From the NCBI RefSeq assembly GCF_018350175.1, contig NC_058368.1, positions 226,302,001 to 226,362,000 of the forward strand: a stretch of 60,000 nt of DNA. The letters run 5' to 3'. Positions within the stretch are counted from its first letter, which is position 1. Every line of letters begins with the position of its first letter. Made by a program: the position numbers and the translations under genes. The DNA is from Felis catus. Its lineage: Eukaryota. This document shows positions 1 to 14,374 of the stretch, in pieces. The notes under the pieces are model-generated. The model was not told the origin of the DNA, made no database searches, and was given only the letters and a program-made list of their open reading frames with translations.

Positions 1-639
1 CTGTGTGGACTGAAAGAAAATCTCTCAGAAGGTGACTGTTAGTTTTTAGTCCACCAAAATCCCTCTCAGTAAACTGCCTGAGATACTGAATGGTGACCTG
101 CTGAATGGCATGTGTTGCGGAGAGAATCCAAGAAAGCTGATTTTTCCTCAGTGTTGTGTCCCTCCTATGAGGGCTTTTACAACGATAATGTCACCTACGA
201 TGGTCTGAGCACCAGTTGATGTGGTTTTGTTTATTTAACCAACCACAGGGTAGGATCGCCCCGTGGGAAAAGCTAGAAGGAGAACACTTGAACCCGAAGT
301 TTCAGTCCCCTTAAGGGGCCCCTACCTAAAACTCTACCATTACCAATGCATTTTTTGCCCTAAGTCTCATCATCTTCCTCTAGTTTCCTTTTTCAAATAG
401 CCCAGATATATATTAATATATTAAGTCACTCATCAACACCTTAGGGTAAAAGAATTTGTCACATCCATATGCAGCAGGAAAAGGTAGGGAGACAAAAAGC
501 TCAGTGTAGTGGTGGGGGCATAGGAAAATTTTTCAATAAAAATGGTTTTATTGTGGCTTGCGGAACCCATATGTAAGCATCAATTTTATAGGACTCTCTT
601 GTCCCAAGAAGAATTTCTCCCATTTTATTTATTGATAGG

Positions 640-818
640 GTGGGAAAATTCTTTGGTGTGTAGGGCTGTCCAGAACATTGTAGGATGTTTAGCAGTATCC
701 TACCTTCTACCTAGCCTGTTATGACAGTTGTGACCAGTTATGACAACAAAAAACATCCTAGATGTTGCCAGACGTCACCCTGGAGGGCAAAATCTCCTCT
801 TATTGAGAACCACGGGTC
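640..818 (-). mobile_element. MER20-like hAT-Charlie MITE
   Basis: ...attgtaggatgtttagcag...gttgccagacgtcaccctggagggcaaaatctcctcttattgagaaccac resembles the reverse-complemented MER20 consensus. Confidence 0.7.
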
Positions 819-2335
819 TAATGTAAATTGTAATCAAGATGTTAAGGGTAGAAGTCAGTATAACTGATTTCTCCCATAGATGGAGCTCTTGTTCAACAAA
901 GCGCCTCATTAAAAGGGCAATGGCAAATCTAACCAGAAGGAATAACACCGTTAATTCAATGGTCACTTAATCAACTGCACACTGTCCCTTGGTCTTGCCC
1001 CTCTTTGAATCAGCAGGAAATGGCAGCACTGGAGAGTTCTGGTTTGTAATGGCTGCCTTGACCCTCTGTGGTCTGGCCAGAAAGGCTGATTTTGAAGATG
1101 GAAGGTGCCAGTTATCCAGGCCTCATCCAGAGGGAGTCCGAGGCCACGGTGGGTGAACGCCAAGCTTTGCAGAGCATTGCCCAGAGCAGCAGGCCGTTGA
1201 CATGCTTTCAATATTGCCGAAATTGTTCCTCGTTACTCTGTACATTTTGTCTTTAAATGGCTTCCATTGTTTTATGTGGTCTGTGTACCCACCTCATTTC
1301 TTTCAGCTGGCAGCCGTAATATTTCCAGCGGTTAGCTTGTTTAACAGAAGTTCTTTGGATGTTTAGGCTGAGGAGTCGACATCAAGTTGAGGGGTAGAGG
1401 TGAGGGTTTGAAATCCATAGCCCTGAGATGAGAGGCAACTTCTCATAAAATGTCCTGTTACCCAAAAGGAGAAGGAATCTTCTTTGGGCACTCAAAGCGA
1501 TGCGAAGCAGGTCTCAATAACCACTTTGAAACTTTGCTGGAATTATATGAAACGGGTTATGTGTGCGCCAGGCCACTTGCCAGTTTCACTTACCACCTCA
1601 GGGCGATTTCGCACGACTGGAAAACGACACTGATGCTTTTGCAGGGGACTCACACTGCAGTCCTCACCCTTTTCTCTGCCATTTAGTTAGTGAGTAGCTT
1701 GACAAGTACAGAATACAGTGCATACTCAGAGCTGACACTCTCTTAATTTGTCACTAGCAGCAGTGTCCAGCAATAGGACTGAAATTCATCATCCCTGGGA
1801 TCGGTGGGCTGCACCTGTTTATTACCAATAAACTCTTTTAAACAAGTTTCACAAGAACTCCTGTTGTGTAGATAAATACCCCGTGGCCCCAAGGTTCAGG
1901 GCCCTAGAGAGCTTCCTTTAGATTCATTCATTCAACAAGTACTTTCTGTAGACATAAACTTTGTTCCGTCTTAGGCAATGATGTTCCTCCCAGATGCCAG
2001 TAGTAAGAGTAGCCCCACCTGGAAGCACAGAAGCCCATACGCGGGACACTATCCTGCTTGTCAACACTCCAGAATCTCCTTTTCAGAGGCTCTCTGGGGA
2101 CCTTTTCCTTTGCAGCAGCAGCAGTCGCATGTGAGCTGCTCCAGAAAGCAAGTTACATATGGTCTCCTCTCCTTAATGCTGCCCACCCGCCCTCACCAGG
2201 CATGACAGATGTGGGGGGGGGGGTTGTAAACTAAGGAGCCTGATTTAGGTCAAGGGTGCCACTTGGATTCATAATCTTACAAATCTCCTTGGATGTTTCT
2301 TGTATGTACTACTGTCTTAGACCCATTGTTTCGAT

Positions 2336-2656
2336 AGAGGTTCTCAACCCCGGCTGCACATTGAAATCACATGGGACAGCCTGAGAAATACCACTGTCTG
2401 GCCCCATCCTTAGAGATGCTGATTTCATTAGTCTTGGATGGGCTTTTCTCTGCGGGGAAGTAATATTTGTATCAGTGGTACTCGATCCTGGATGTACATT
2501 AAAATCAGTTAGGGACCTTTTAAGTATCTTGCTGCCTGAACCTCATCCCAGAACAATTAAAAATGAATATGAAGGCTAGAGTTCCAGCATCTGTAGTTTT
2601 TTTTTTTTTAAGTTCCTTAATGTATTCTAATGCATAGGTAAATTTGGGCCCACTGA
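2336..2656. mobile_element. Two adjacent MER5-type MITE remnants
   Basis: Two starts, ggttctcaaccccggctgcacattgaaatcac and cagtggtactcgatcctggatgtacattaaaatca, typical of the MER5 family. Confidence 0.6.
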
Positions 2657-2814
2657 TACAAATTCTGTTACTTTCATGTAGAGAAAATATATACCAGCAA
2701 TCAAAATCGTAGAAAGGGTCAGTAAAAAAAAAAGAGTGAGATTGGGATGATTCTTTATGCATAAGGAATCAAGACCCAGACATTTCATCTGGAACTGGTG
2801 ACAACACGCATGCA

Positions 2815-2816
<2 letters not shown>

Positions 2817-2848
<32 letters not shown>
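2817..2848. repeat. (TG)n microsatellite
   Basis: Read directly from the sequence. Confidence 0.95.
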
Positions 2849-2850
<2 letters not shown>

Positions 2851-4389
2851 ACCATTGGCAGGACAGCTTTTGGAGAGCTGCATGAACAGGAGTAAGATGC
2901 TCTTGATTAAGAAAATACACATTCTGCACCATGAACACCTATGAACACCTCCTATGTGCCAAACGCTGCCAGGGAAACTAAGGGAAAACTAGATCCTTTC
3001 TCATGATTCAGAAGCTTGCAATCTCAGAAGGAAATGTTACTTTGACAGGCCTACAAGAATCAGACGGAACCATAAGAGAGAAAGGACCTAACTCTGGCTC
3101 ATGTCCCCAGATTTGTCACTTGTATGGTCTTGGGGGAAGTTCAATACCTTTATAAACCTTTGTTGCTCACCTGTAGAAGGTCCCATCTAGAAGGTCCCAT
3201 CTAGTTGGAGAGGCGACCTCTTGCACCCTCTTCTTCTCTATAATTTCTTCTCCCCCAGAGAAGCTTCCTACTATCTCACTCCCAATATACTCTGTACTCA
3301 TCAGTGTCCCGGCATCCAGACCTATTCCTAAGTCCTCCTTCCTCCTCCCCCATGTGATTCACCCCGTCATCGATTCCCTGTTCCCTAGGGACCTTGTTCT
3401 CTGAAGTCCCCAGTGATAGCTGATGAGCCATGAAATTCTCTACAGGTGAGGTGCTAATGAATACTATTGGCATATTTAATTTCCCTCCCAAGGATGAGTA
3501 ATTGGGAGCAACATGTCCAGAAAGTTTATTTCCTGGTGGGGATTGATGAAATGTGTAAGGGAAACATGGAGATCTCTGTGAAGTGCTTCAACTGACTGCT
3601 AAGAGTGAACTGCTTGTTCAGCCTGGGAAATACCTGAGTGAGGGACCAGTTCTATGGGCACATTACCTCACCCCAGGAGGGCTGAGTCCCACGGCAAGGA
3701 AGGAACGGGCCCTCTTTACTCTGCCATGATTTATTAATGGGAGACCCTCTGTAAGGTTAAAAACTCGTAATTTTCCTTTGAGACTAGTAACTAATTTCCA
3801 AAGAAGACTTTTATGAATTGAACTGAATCCAGGGCACTCTGTGAGGAAACATTTTTGGAAACAGAGAGTGATATCATGGCTTTCTACTGAGGTGATGGAA
3901 AATACTATTTAGCTCAATTACCCATCAGATTCAGATCCTTTTACCATGTTATTGATAAAACCTCCTGTGTTATTCTAGCAAGAAAATATTGCCCTTGTAT
4001 CTGAAATGTGTATCTAAATTTATATCTGAGATTATAGAAATTTATTTTCATTTTTAATAACATACCACTTTCTCCTCATATGACATTGATTTGGGTATGT
4101 TATTTTTTTTCGACTAGACTGTAAACTCCTTCAGGGAAGATCTCACTTTCTGGACGGTGCTGAGCCCAATGCTGGGCCTGTGTTCCAAATGGGGGCATGT
4201 GTTTATATTTTTACATTAAAATAATATGGGAAGAAAACAACCAATCCCATCGTGTGTATTATGGGGGCACAGTAGGAAAAATTAATTGAATTAGCTTTAC
4301 TCCTATGTCATAAAATTGTAAATGAGTGGCTCTTTGGGCATCTACAGCAAGACCTTCTGCAACATAAAGAAGTGTTCACTGTTCATTGT

Positions 4390-4790
4390 GTTGAGAATCA
4401 AGGTGTCAGCAGGTTGAGATCTTGTCTGAAGGTTCCGAGGAAAAATCCACCTTATTCTTATGAATTTTCTTACACTCTCAGCTCCTAGAGGCTTCCACAT
4501 TCCTTGGAATTCCTTGGAATTCCTTCATGGCCCCTTTCATGTTCAAGTCAACAAGGGTGCATCAAATCCTTCTCATGCTTCAAACCACAGACTTCTTTGT
4601 TGATGACTTCTAGAGCCATATATAAAAGGCACATGTGATTAGGTCTGGTCCACGTGGACAATCTCCACTCATAAAGTCACTTGTGCCATGTGACCTGACC
4701 ACCGGAGTGAGATCTCACATCACAAATTCTGGGGATTGCACGGGGTGTGTACACGAGGGGTTGGGCATCCAAAAGGTGATCTCTCTCAGT
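4390..4790 (-). mobile_element. MLT1-type MaLR LTR fragment
   Basis: aatcaaggtgtcagcagg ... cacattccttgg ... catgtgattagg motifs. Confidence 0.5.
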
Positions 4791-5756
4791 ATTTTTCCAT
4801 TCTTAGCCAAGCTTCTTGATAGACAGAAACCTAAGATGGCTCCCAAGAGGCCCAACCGAGGAGCAAGGGGCCAACGATAAAGTCTAAATGGTAGAAGAGA
4901 AGCTAACTCTTGATTTTCCCCTGTGCCAAAGTAATTGCTTTCCTTGTTCAAGGGATTTTGGGGGGCAACAGTAACTCAGAAACACCCTGAAGAATAAATC
5001 TGGATTCTGGCCTGTTCCTCAGCAGTGTCTTATTTGATAGACTCTCTCCCCTTACCTGTTACATGAAATGTTTCGCCAATATTCTCAAAGGTCACCACGA
5101 TTTATCATAGCGCAACAGATGTATCCAAGTGGGATGTACCGGTGGTTATATAAATTAAAGTTCATTCAAGATTCTAGATAAATTAAAATAGACTAAAATT
5201 ACCTTCTCTGTACCGTGGATCTATACAATTGGATCTCCATGAGCCACTTATTATACTAGTCTTCTGACATTTTGAAGAAATTCATATATTCCCAATAAAG
5301 TAAGCCACCAATTCACTGATTCCTCAATTTGCTTTTTAAAAAAGTCCAAGCGACTCCTTGAGCCAGGAGATTATTTAACTTCTGACATTTAAAGGCATAG
5401 AACAAGATGAATTTTAAAATTAAGTTTGAATAAATGTTGAATAATATGTAATATCAAAAGTTCCAAATGAACATAATTTTAAGACACTTCTGTATATAAA
5501 AATATAATCTAAATGTGAGACGAATTATTTGCTTTATCTGAAGAAATATTAAAAATCGAAAGAAAGCAATACACATTAGTTTTAAAGTCATTCAACAACT
5601 GTAAAGCAGATAACAAAAATCTTAATTTATAACAAAACTACTTACAATATTAACAGCATCCACTTCACAGTATGATTTAGGGATTTAAATAGATTAATAC
5701 ACATGAAGTTTTAAAAAAAATGATCTCACACACAGCAATAATAAATGTTTAACATT

Positions 5757-6097
5757 ATTATGGAATGTTTGTGTCCCTTCAAAATTCTTATACTGAAGCC
5801 CTAACTCCCAATGTGTTGGCATTTGGAAGTGGAATTTTGAGGAGCCAAGTAGGGTTAGGTGAGGTCATGAAGGTGAGGACCATATGATGGGATTAAAGAA
5901 GAGAGAGATGAGAGCACTCTCTGACCACCATGTGAGGGCACAGTGAGAAGGTAACTGCAAGCCAGGAAGAGGGCTCGCACCAGGAACCAAATCATCCAGG
6001 ACCCTGAGATGGCCCAGAACTACGAGAAATAAACGTATGTTGTTTAATCCACTCAGTCCATGGTATTTCATTACAGCATCTTGAGCTGACCAAGACA
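5757..6097 (+). mobile_element. MLT1A-type MaLR solo LTR
   Basis: Starts tatggaatgtttgtgtccc...ctaactcccaatgtg and ends gagaaataaa...cattacagca...gctgaccaagaca. Confidence 0.8.
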
Positions 6098-6676
6098 AGC
6101 ATTATCACCTAGCTATGAAAATAGAATCCTATTCAGTTCTCTTATTTGAGCAATAGTGAATTATAAGCATTTCCCAAGTCATTAAAAAGTTACTAGTTAG
6201 TGCCAAATCTCATTATATCAATACATGAAATGTAAAAATATGCCATTACTATATTGCTAGTATGTCCTACCTTTCTACGAAATACATAAAATCTGTCACA
6301 TGGAATCCATCAAATTTCTTTGGGAAGTCATCCATTTTTTATTCTAATTTGTACTCATTCTCTCATAGTTGGGCCTCAACTATCTTGGAAACCATCTTCT
6401 ACTCAGAGTTTCTAATTACCTTTCATTTATGTGCTTCCGTCTAGACTAAGAGCTCTGCAGCAAGATGAAAGAACGATAGTCCTAATACAGTTTTTCACTA
6501 CTTTTTTGGGGTTAGATGAATACTTGCTGGATCCCCGTGGTCTTTCTTGGTTTACACTGCTGAAGCACATCCTGACCCAACTTCTAAGAAAGGCTATATG
6601 GAAGATAATCTTTCTGAATCCATTCATGTCTGAAAATGTTTTATTAGACACTCTAGCTAAGAGTTCCAACTTCAGA

Positions 6677-6778
6677 GGGCTGGCTCAGGGGGTAGAGCAT
6701 GCAACTCTTGATCTTGGGGTTATGGGTTCGAGCCCACATTGGACGTAGAGATTACTTAAAAAATCTTTTAATAAAAAG
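6677..6778 (+). mobile_element. Old short Can-SINE (tRNA-derived head plus A tail, no CT region)
   Basis: tggctcagggggtagagcatgcaactcttgatcttggggttatgggttcgagcccac...attacttaaaaaa; A and B boxes are visible. Confidence 0.7.
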
Positions 6779-9382
6779 AATTCTGGCTTAAATTTTTCTT
6801 CAATTTGATTTTTATATCTTATGTATAGTACTTATTTTTCCTCTCAGAGGACTTTTAAGATTATCTCTTTATCTCTGTTGCACAAAATGTGGAAATTTTC
6901 CATTAATTATTCCAGCACTTGCAAAACCTTTCCAAATGTAAGACACTTGTATCCCTCCAACTTTTGGAATTTTGTTTTTTAAGTTCCTTTGAAAATCCCT
7001 CACTTCTATTTTCTACTCCCTCCTCACCTCCCGTCTTTCCCTCTTCTTCCCTCTTTATTCATTTTTTTTTCCCATTAGTTGGATGTTGGGTTGAGTAGCA
7101 TTTTTTTCAGATATTATCTGAATATTATAAATAAATAACATTATGTTATTAATTAATAACAAATGATATCTTCTTAGTGTTATCATATTAGATAATATTT
7201 CTATTGCCAGGTAAACAGAAATCCAACTGAAGTGCTTCATTCAAAAAAAATATAATTTTGAATTTTCACATAAGAAGAAATCTAGAGGTAAGAAGTCTAG
7301 GTCTGGTGTGGCAATTACACAATGCCATAAAGACCCAGGGCCATCCTATTTTCCTGAGCCATAAGCTTTAGCATGTACCATTCACCCTCACCCTGCCAAG
7401 GTGGTTGCTTCTTCCTTAGGTAACTTTCCTGTGGTCCAGTCAGAAAGTGGAGGGAAGAGTGAAGAAGAAAGGGAGAAGCCATTGAAGGTCCCCTTTAAAC
7501 CAAATATTAATACGGTTGAAATGGGGAATGGTTGGTGAATAGGCATCTATAGTGTTTGCTAGAGAAGTCTTGATTTAATCATCTCTATGTCCCTTATTAT
7601 ATCTGCCATAATTATGGCCTCCATTTCTTTTTTGTTCTTGTAGATTTCCTTGAATGCATTTTACAACCCTTCTATTGAACTTCTAGAAATCTGAACAATC
7701 ATGATTTTAATTTGTTAAAGCTCCCCTATTCTTGTTTTATGAGGGCAAACTTTTTTTTCCTATTTCTCTGAGGGACTCATTGAAGGATTTAATAAATGTC
7801 CTTTGGGTACCCGAAATTGTCTCTGTTTGCTATAGCTCAAAATTTTGTATCTTGATCCTTCTCTTTCATGTTTCAGGTTTCCTCAAATGTCTAGTTATTT
7901 TGGTGATGTCATAGTAAAAATGTGGTTGGGAACTCTGCACATAGCTGGGGCGTTTCACTCAGCAGGCTATTCTAAATATAGAATACTCTCCCTGGAGTGA
8001 AGTCCCTATTCCCCCAACCCCTGCAACCAGCACACCCATACTTACACACACCTGGAGTCCATTCCCCTTTCCTGTACTTGGCATTTACTTCATCCGGGGC
8101 CAGATGTAAGCAGGATTGGAGAATGAAGGAAGAATAGATTGAGGAAACCTAATACTGACGCATTTGAGAAATGCTATATTTGATTTCACTCTTGGAACGT
8201 AGACTCATATCCTCCTTGATCTTTGGGATCTTTCTTGATCAAACTCTTTCAGAGCTAAATGAGAGGTAATTCAGCTTAGGAAATCAGAAGCAAAGTGGGG
8301 GGAGAAAAGCAATAGCATTTTGCATCCCCCAGTGAAGGCATTTAGGATGACAGCCAGATTCTGAAAGGGCTTGAGTCCCACTTGAAGTTAATTTTGGTAA
8401 AAATTATAGGGTAGCTTCTCATGGAGCACCTCTCCTTTAATTCATACCATATTATCACCCAATATAATTTGTTTTTTGGAAGAAACAGTAGTGATTGAGA
8501 ATGGAACGTAAGAGAATTTTATTTAACTCTCTTTTTGCAGCATGATTATGAGTAAGAATGTCAAAACAGGGGTGATTTATAATGTTAAAGAATGAAGTCT
8601 TTGTGTGCTCTTTTCTTTTTGTCTATTTCAGAGTATCTCATGAATACATATTCTGACAACATCATTCTGAATGGGCTTCTAAGCTTTTTGCCAGATATAG
8701 GAAAACATTTTCTATCAAGAGCCAGTAACCTCACACATACTATATCAATTTAAGGTTTACATGAGGAACGATCATCTTAATACAGCTTTAGCTTTTTATC
8801 TTGAAAGAGAAAGTTTTTAAAACTTGGGTAGACAAGCTATAAAACTTGATAATATCAGTTACCTAAAAATATAATTCGGTTCTATACTATGTATTAACAT
8901 AGGACAGAAGGTTGGGTGAAGGAGGGAGAAGAGGGAGAATGAGACAGATGGGAAAAGGAGAGGAGGAACAGATTCAGAGACCAGTGAGAGCAGACAGAAG
9001 TTCAATGGCTTGTGAAGCGTGAAACTATTTTTTGTAACTTGATGCTGTCTCCTTAGACTGAGTTGTGTATTAGTAGAAGCTTCTGAAGCATTAATTTATT
9101 AGCATCTGTTCACACATCCTTAATTATTCTTTATTCTTAGATGCAGTGAATAGTCACAGTGGCTCACCATGGGGGCTACTTTTTAGACTGCATTATGGTA
9201 ACTAGGGGAATTTTATTAAGGGGCTAGTACCTAGACCCCCCCCCTTTTTTTTAAGCTAAACTACAGATTTAATCAGATTTCATAATTTTCTCACTGGTGT
9301 TCTTTTCTAGCCCATGATTCAATCCAGTATTCCACACTACACTTAGTTTTCATGTCTCCATATTTTCTCCCAGTCTGTAATA

Positions 9383-9385
<3 letters not shown>

Positions 9386-9450
<65 letters not shown>
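9386..9450. repeat. Compound (TC)n(TG)n microsatellite
   Basis: Read directly from the sequence. Confidence 0.95.
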
Positions 9451-9454
<4 letters not shown>

Positions 9455-9719
9455 CTTCCAAGACCTTGACACTTTTGAAGCATATTGGACACGTATTTTG
9501 CAGAATGTCCTATGATTTGGATCTGCCTAATTTTTTTTTCATGAAAAGATTAAATTTGTAGGTGTTTAGCAAGAATGTCACTGAGATAATGAGCCCCCTT
9601 AGTGCATTGTGTCAGAGGTGCCTAATGCTAGTATGTTTCATTATAGGTGATGTTAACCTTGATTACTTGGCTAAGATGGCATCTGCCAGCTCTTTCCATT
9701 AAAAAATTACTATTTCTCC

Positions 9720-9906
9720 AGGGCGCCTGGGTGGCTCAGTCAGTCGAATGTCTGACTTTGGCTCGGGTCATGATCATGGTTCATGAGTTCAAGCCCTGTG
9801 TCAGGCTCTGTGCTGGGAGCCTGCTTGGGATTCCATGTCTCCCTCTCTCTCTGCCCCTCCCCGCCTCATGCTCTGGCTGTCTGTCTCCCCAAATTAAATA
9901 AATGTT
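9720..9906 (+). mobile_element. Can-SINE with 19-bp TSD
   Basis: gggcgcctgggtggctcagtc head. TSD aaaaaattactatttctcc at 9701-9719 and 9907-9925. Confidence 0.92.
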
Positions 9907-11114
9907 AAAAAATTACTATTTCTCCTCTTGTAACCAATAAATATCTTGAGGGGAGATATTTTGCAATTGGGCAAATATTGTCTTCCTCCTGAAAGTTTTA
10001 GGATTTATTGGTAGATCTTGTTGCGACAACTTTCACTATTGGTTCTAATGGTATTTTCTATTCTTGTGTTCTCTTCTACATTTATTAACTGGGAGAACTT
10101 TCCTGTCTCATTTATTTATTTATTCAACTATTTTTCGGTCATTATAGACTCATGATTCAAGTCAATGCATGGAAACCTACTTAAGGTAGCTGAGATCAGC
10201 AACTGAGTCTTTATACTAAAAACAGACCATAATGTTAGGCAGTCCAAGAGTTGGTAGGAAGCAGTTTAGTCATTTCTACTATGATTTTGTCTCTCCCAAG
10301 TCAGTGAAGGATAGAGTAAGGGGAAAAAAAGATTTCCATATGGTAGCATAGTAAGGAACCGAGAGCAGAATTTAGTCATTTGCTTCTAATGCCCTTGATA
10401 ACATCCACACCAGATGTCCTGCCAAATCTGAAGTACTGTAAAAACATTATTTATTTACAGAATCATAACATTTCTTTTTTGCTTTGTAAACACTGCAAGA
10501 ATGCTTCCTGTTTATTTTCTGTTTCATCCCAAACATATCTATATGGATATATCTGTATATATATGGAAAAAAACCGAGGATGAGACAACAAATGAGTGAA
10601 ATTATTTTTCCACTATAAATGTATCATTTGTGGAAACTCCTTGGATTTCACTTATCACAGGAAACTTAGAACAATCATTCCAAGGGCATCCATTGTGGTT
10701 TGGAAACTAAAGAAAAGTAGCATACGGTCTTTTAAAGCCTGCTTGTGTATTTGTATATTTGAAAATTAATATGTTCACTGATATCTTTTAACAATTTCTT
10801 ATTACACACAGGTTGGAAGGATGCTTGCTGGGGAGAATATAATTAGAAATTAGTCCTGTAAAGGCAAAGATAACTCAGAGAAGTTTAACTATTAAATTCT
10901 ATAAAGGGACCAACTGAAAGCCTGTATTTCCAATGATGTCTTTGTGGAAAGAATCTGATGAAGTAAATTATGTTGTGCTATGGCAGACATGTCATTGTGA
11001 TTTTGGCTGCAGGTTACCTTGGCCTAGAAAATCGGATAAGATTAGATTTTGAAGGAAAGTCTCTCGTTGATAGTGCACTTTGCTATTGGATTTAGTAAAG
11101 TTTTGCTTACTTAA

Positions 11115-12640
11115 TATTTTTATTGTGGTAAAATACACATCACATAAAATTTACCATCTTTTAAAAGTGCACAGTTCAGTGGTATTGAGTACATTCGTAT
11201 TGTTGTGCAACCATCACCACCATCCATCTTTAGAATGCTTTCTATGTTGCTAAGTGAAAATCTATCCCCATTAAACAATAACGCTCCTTCCCCATAGACC
11301 TGGCAACCTCCATTTCACTTTTGATCTCTATGATTTTGACTACTCTAAGTACATCGTAGGGTGGAATCCTGTAGCATTTGTCTTTTTGTGACTGGCTTAT
11401 TTCACTTAGCATAATGTCCTCAAGTTTCATCCATATTGTAGCATGTGTTATAATTTTCTTCTTTTTGAGTAATATTCTACTTTATGTTTATGAAAGATTT
11501 AACTTAATTATCTGTTCATCCATTGATGATGACTTGGGTTGCTTCCATGTTCTAGCTTCTATGAATAACGCTGCTATGAACATGGATGTACAAGTATCTT
11601 TTTCAGACCCTACTTTCAAGGGGAATTGCTAGATCATATAGTAATTCTGTTTTTAATTTTTTGAGAATATTCCTTACGGTTTCCACAGTGCCTATACCAT
11701 TTTACATTTCTACCAAAGGTTTCTGATTTCTTGAAAAATATCCTATGAGCACTTGAGAGAAATGCGTATGCCGTTATCGGGTAGCATGTTGTTTATGTCT
11801 GTTAGATCTAGTTGATGTGTTGCATTGTTCAAGTCCTCTATTTCCTTACTCATCTGTCTGGTTGTTCTATCTTACTGAAAGTGGGATTTGGTAGTCTACA
11901 TCTATTATTATAGAACTATCTATGTCTTCCTACAATTCTATAGATTTGCTACATATATTTTGATGGTCTGGAATTGGTACATAAATGTTTGTATTATCTT
12001 CTCACTTATTAAACCTTTTATTAATATATAGTATCTTCCCTTTCCTCTTATAAACTTTTAACATTTAAGGTCTATTTTGTCTGATAGTATAGCCACCCTT
12101 GTTCTCTATTGGTTACTGTTTGCATGGAGTGTCTTTCCCCACCCTTTCACTTTCAAACTATTTTTGTCTTTGTATTTAGAGTGAACCTCTTGTAGACAGC
12201 ATGCTGTTGGATCATGTTTTTGTCCCCATTCTCCAATCTCTGTCTTTTGACTGGAGAGTTTAATCCAATTATATTTAACATAATTACCAATAGAGAAGGA
12301 CTTCTGCCATTTTACCATTTATTTTCCACATGTCTTAGATTTTTTTGTTCCTCATTTACTTTTTTACTGTCTTCTTTTGTGTTTACTTGATTTTTTGCAG
12401 TGAAATATTTAAACTCCTTGCTCATTTCCTTTTGTGCATATGCTATAGCTATTTTCTTTGTGGTTATCATGAAGATTATATTTAACATCCTAAAGTTATA
12501 ATGCTATAATCTGAATTTATACCAGTTTAACTTCAATAACCTACAAAAAGCCTAAAATCTCTGTTCCTTTACAGTTCCTTCCACACCCCCATTCAGTTGT
12601 TTGTGTCACAAAATTACATTTTTATACAGTGTGTGTAAAA
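11115..12640 (-). mobile_element. Old L1M fragment(s): 3' end/ORF2 C-terminus joined to the endonuclease region
   Basis: Minus-strand peptides MKLEDIMLSEISQSQKDK (ORF2 C-terminus) and QKHDPTACCLQEVH...LKVKGW...HANSNQ (APE endonuclease). Confidence 0.85.
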
Positions 12641-13369
12641 GGTAGATGGCACTATAATTCTTACCTTCAAGGGGCTAACAAATGAGAGCTCCTCTGGCTC
12701 TCAGGCTGCAAATGTCAAGTGGGCACTAAGAAGTTCAGGTTTCAAGAGGAACAAAAAATTGGGGAATCAACTCTAGTGTGAAGGTATAAGGTTTAACCAA
12801 AAATGAGGCCCAAATTTAAAAGTATGAGTAAAGATACATAAAGAAGAGTTACTATGATTTCCACATGCTTTTCTATGAATGAGTACTTCTCCATAATGAA
12901 TTTTACCATGGTAAAACAAGGAAAATATAAGGACTATATTATGAAGTTATTAAATATAAGAGATTTTGCTTTATTCTGAGATGTGTCCTTCCTAGTTTTC
13001 TGTGTTAAAATTGTCTCTCTTAATAATAACTATTTGCACTTGTGTGTGTATATGCAGAAGGAGATAATAAGAGAGAAAAAGAGACTGGCAAACAAACATT
13101 AAGAAAGAATGAAACACAGAAAGAATGAGAAACAAATGTGGCAAAATATTAAAATTTAGTGAATCTGAAGAAAGTGTAAATGGGAATTCCTCATGTTATT
13201 GCAGTTGATTGTAAGTTTGGTTATTTCAAAACAAAAAATTAAGAAGTCCTTTCATGAATGAAAATAAGAGTATAGTACATAGTAATTATTTTTATTTATA
13301 AAATTAAAGGTTGATAGCATTTTTCATCACTTGTGAAATTCTACTGCTGTGTAATTCCCAATGGTGGAC

Positions 13370-13850
13370 ATATTAGTTTCCTTTTGCTGCTCTAACAAAT
13401 TACTACTAACTTGGTGACTTAAAATGTAAAAATGTATTATCTTACGGTTTGGGAGGTCAGAAGTCCAAAATGGATCTCACTGGCCAAAAGTCAAGATGTT
13501 AGCCAAGTTGTGCTCCTCCTAGAAGCTCAGTGAAAGAATGCGTTTCCTTGCCTTTTTCGGCAAAAAGAGACTACCCTCATTCCTTTGATCATGGTCCCTT
13601 CCTCTATGTTAATAGCTGGCAGTGTAGCATTTCCAAATCTCTCAAACTTTGACTCTCCTGCTTCCTTCCCTCTTTCACTAATAAGGATCCTATGATAACG
13701 TTGGGCCCACCCAGATAATCCAAGATGATCATCCCACCTGAAGGTCAGCTGGTTAGCAAACTTAATTTCACCTTGCTGTGTAACATAACAAACTCAGATG
13801 TTCTGGTGATTAGGATGTGGACATCTTTGGACTAATATTCTGCCTACCAC
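13370..13850 (-). mobile_element. MLT1C/D-type MaLR solo LTR
   Basis: tattagtttcc...gctgctctaacaaattac...ggaggtcagaagtccaaaatgg...gggcccacccagataatcc...gattaggatgtggacatctttg...ctgcctaccac. Confidence 0.8.
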
Positions 13851-14374
13851 GTAAGGAACGTTGGAAGAACATTTCAGGCCACTAGATAGCAGTAGAAAGG
13901 TAGACTGTGGCATGAAGGGACACTGGAGTAGTGAGGAGAAGCCAGGTGGTGCAGAAGCTTTTCGGGCATGTCAAGGATCTGGTCTTCATCCACTGGGAAA
14001 CCACAGAAGGGTTTTGAGTGGAAGCTGACATGTTCGGGCTTATATTTATGGAAGTTTATCCTGTCTTCAATGGAGAAAGTAGGCTGGATAAGAATGGGTT
14101 GCTGAGTAGCAGGTCATGAAACTATCTTGCTGTTCTAGTGAGAGCTGATGGTAGTATGGACTTGGCTTGGGGTGGGTGGAAGGACAGAAATAAATTGTTC
14201 TCCATTAGCCCTGGGAGAAGTGAGAAGTTGGAACTGGATTCCCCAAGTGCCATCGTCATCTTCAGCAAGACTAAGGTACTACTTAGACAAAGGGATTGAC
14301 AGGACTCGGAGAGTGACTACATGGATGATTGGGGTTGAGAGGGGGTTTACCTGTCTGGAGAAGCAGAGCTAGTA

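Larger units (their letters stand above)
9260..10160 (-). mobile_element. Old L1 (L1MC-like) 3' end fragment, interrupted by a microsatellite and a SINE
   Basis: gaccttgacacttttgaag...tattttgcagaatgtcc...ggtgatgttaaccttgattacttggctaag is characteristic of L1MC4/5 3' ends. Confidence 0.6.

Noticed and set aside
3174..3204. Short tandem duplication tagaaggtcccatc x2 (similar ones at ~2930, ~4499, ~43395 and ~58029)
   Set aside because: Ordinary slippage duplications with no spacer structure; not a CRISPR-like or functional array.
6677..6745. tRNA-like sequence with A and B boxes
   Set aside because: It lacks an intact acceptor stem and is followed by an A-rich tail. It is the tRNA-derived head of an old Can-SINE, not a tRNA gene.
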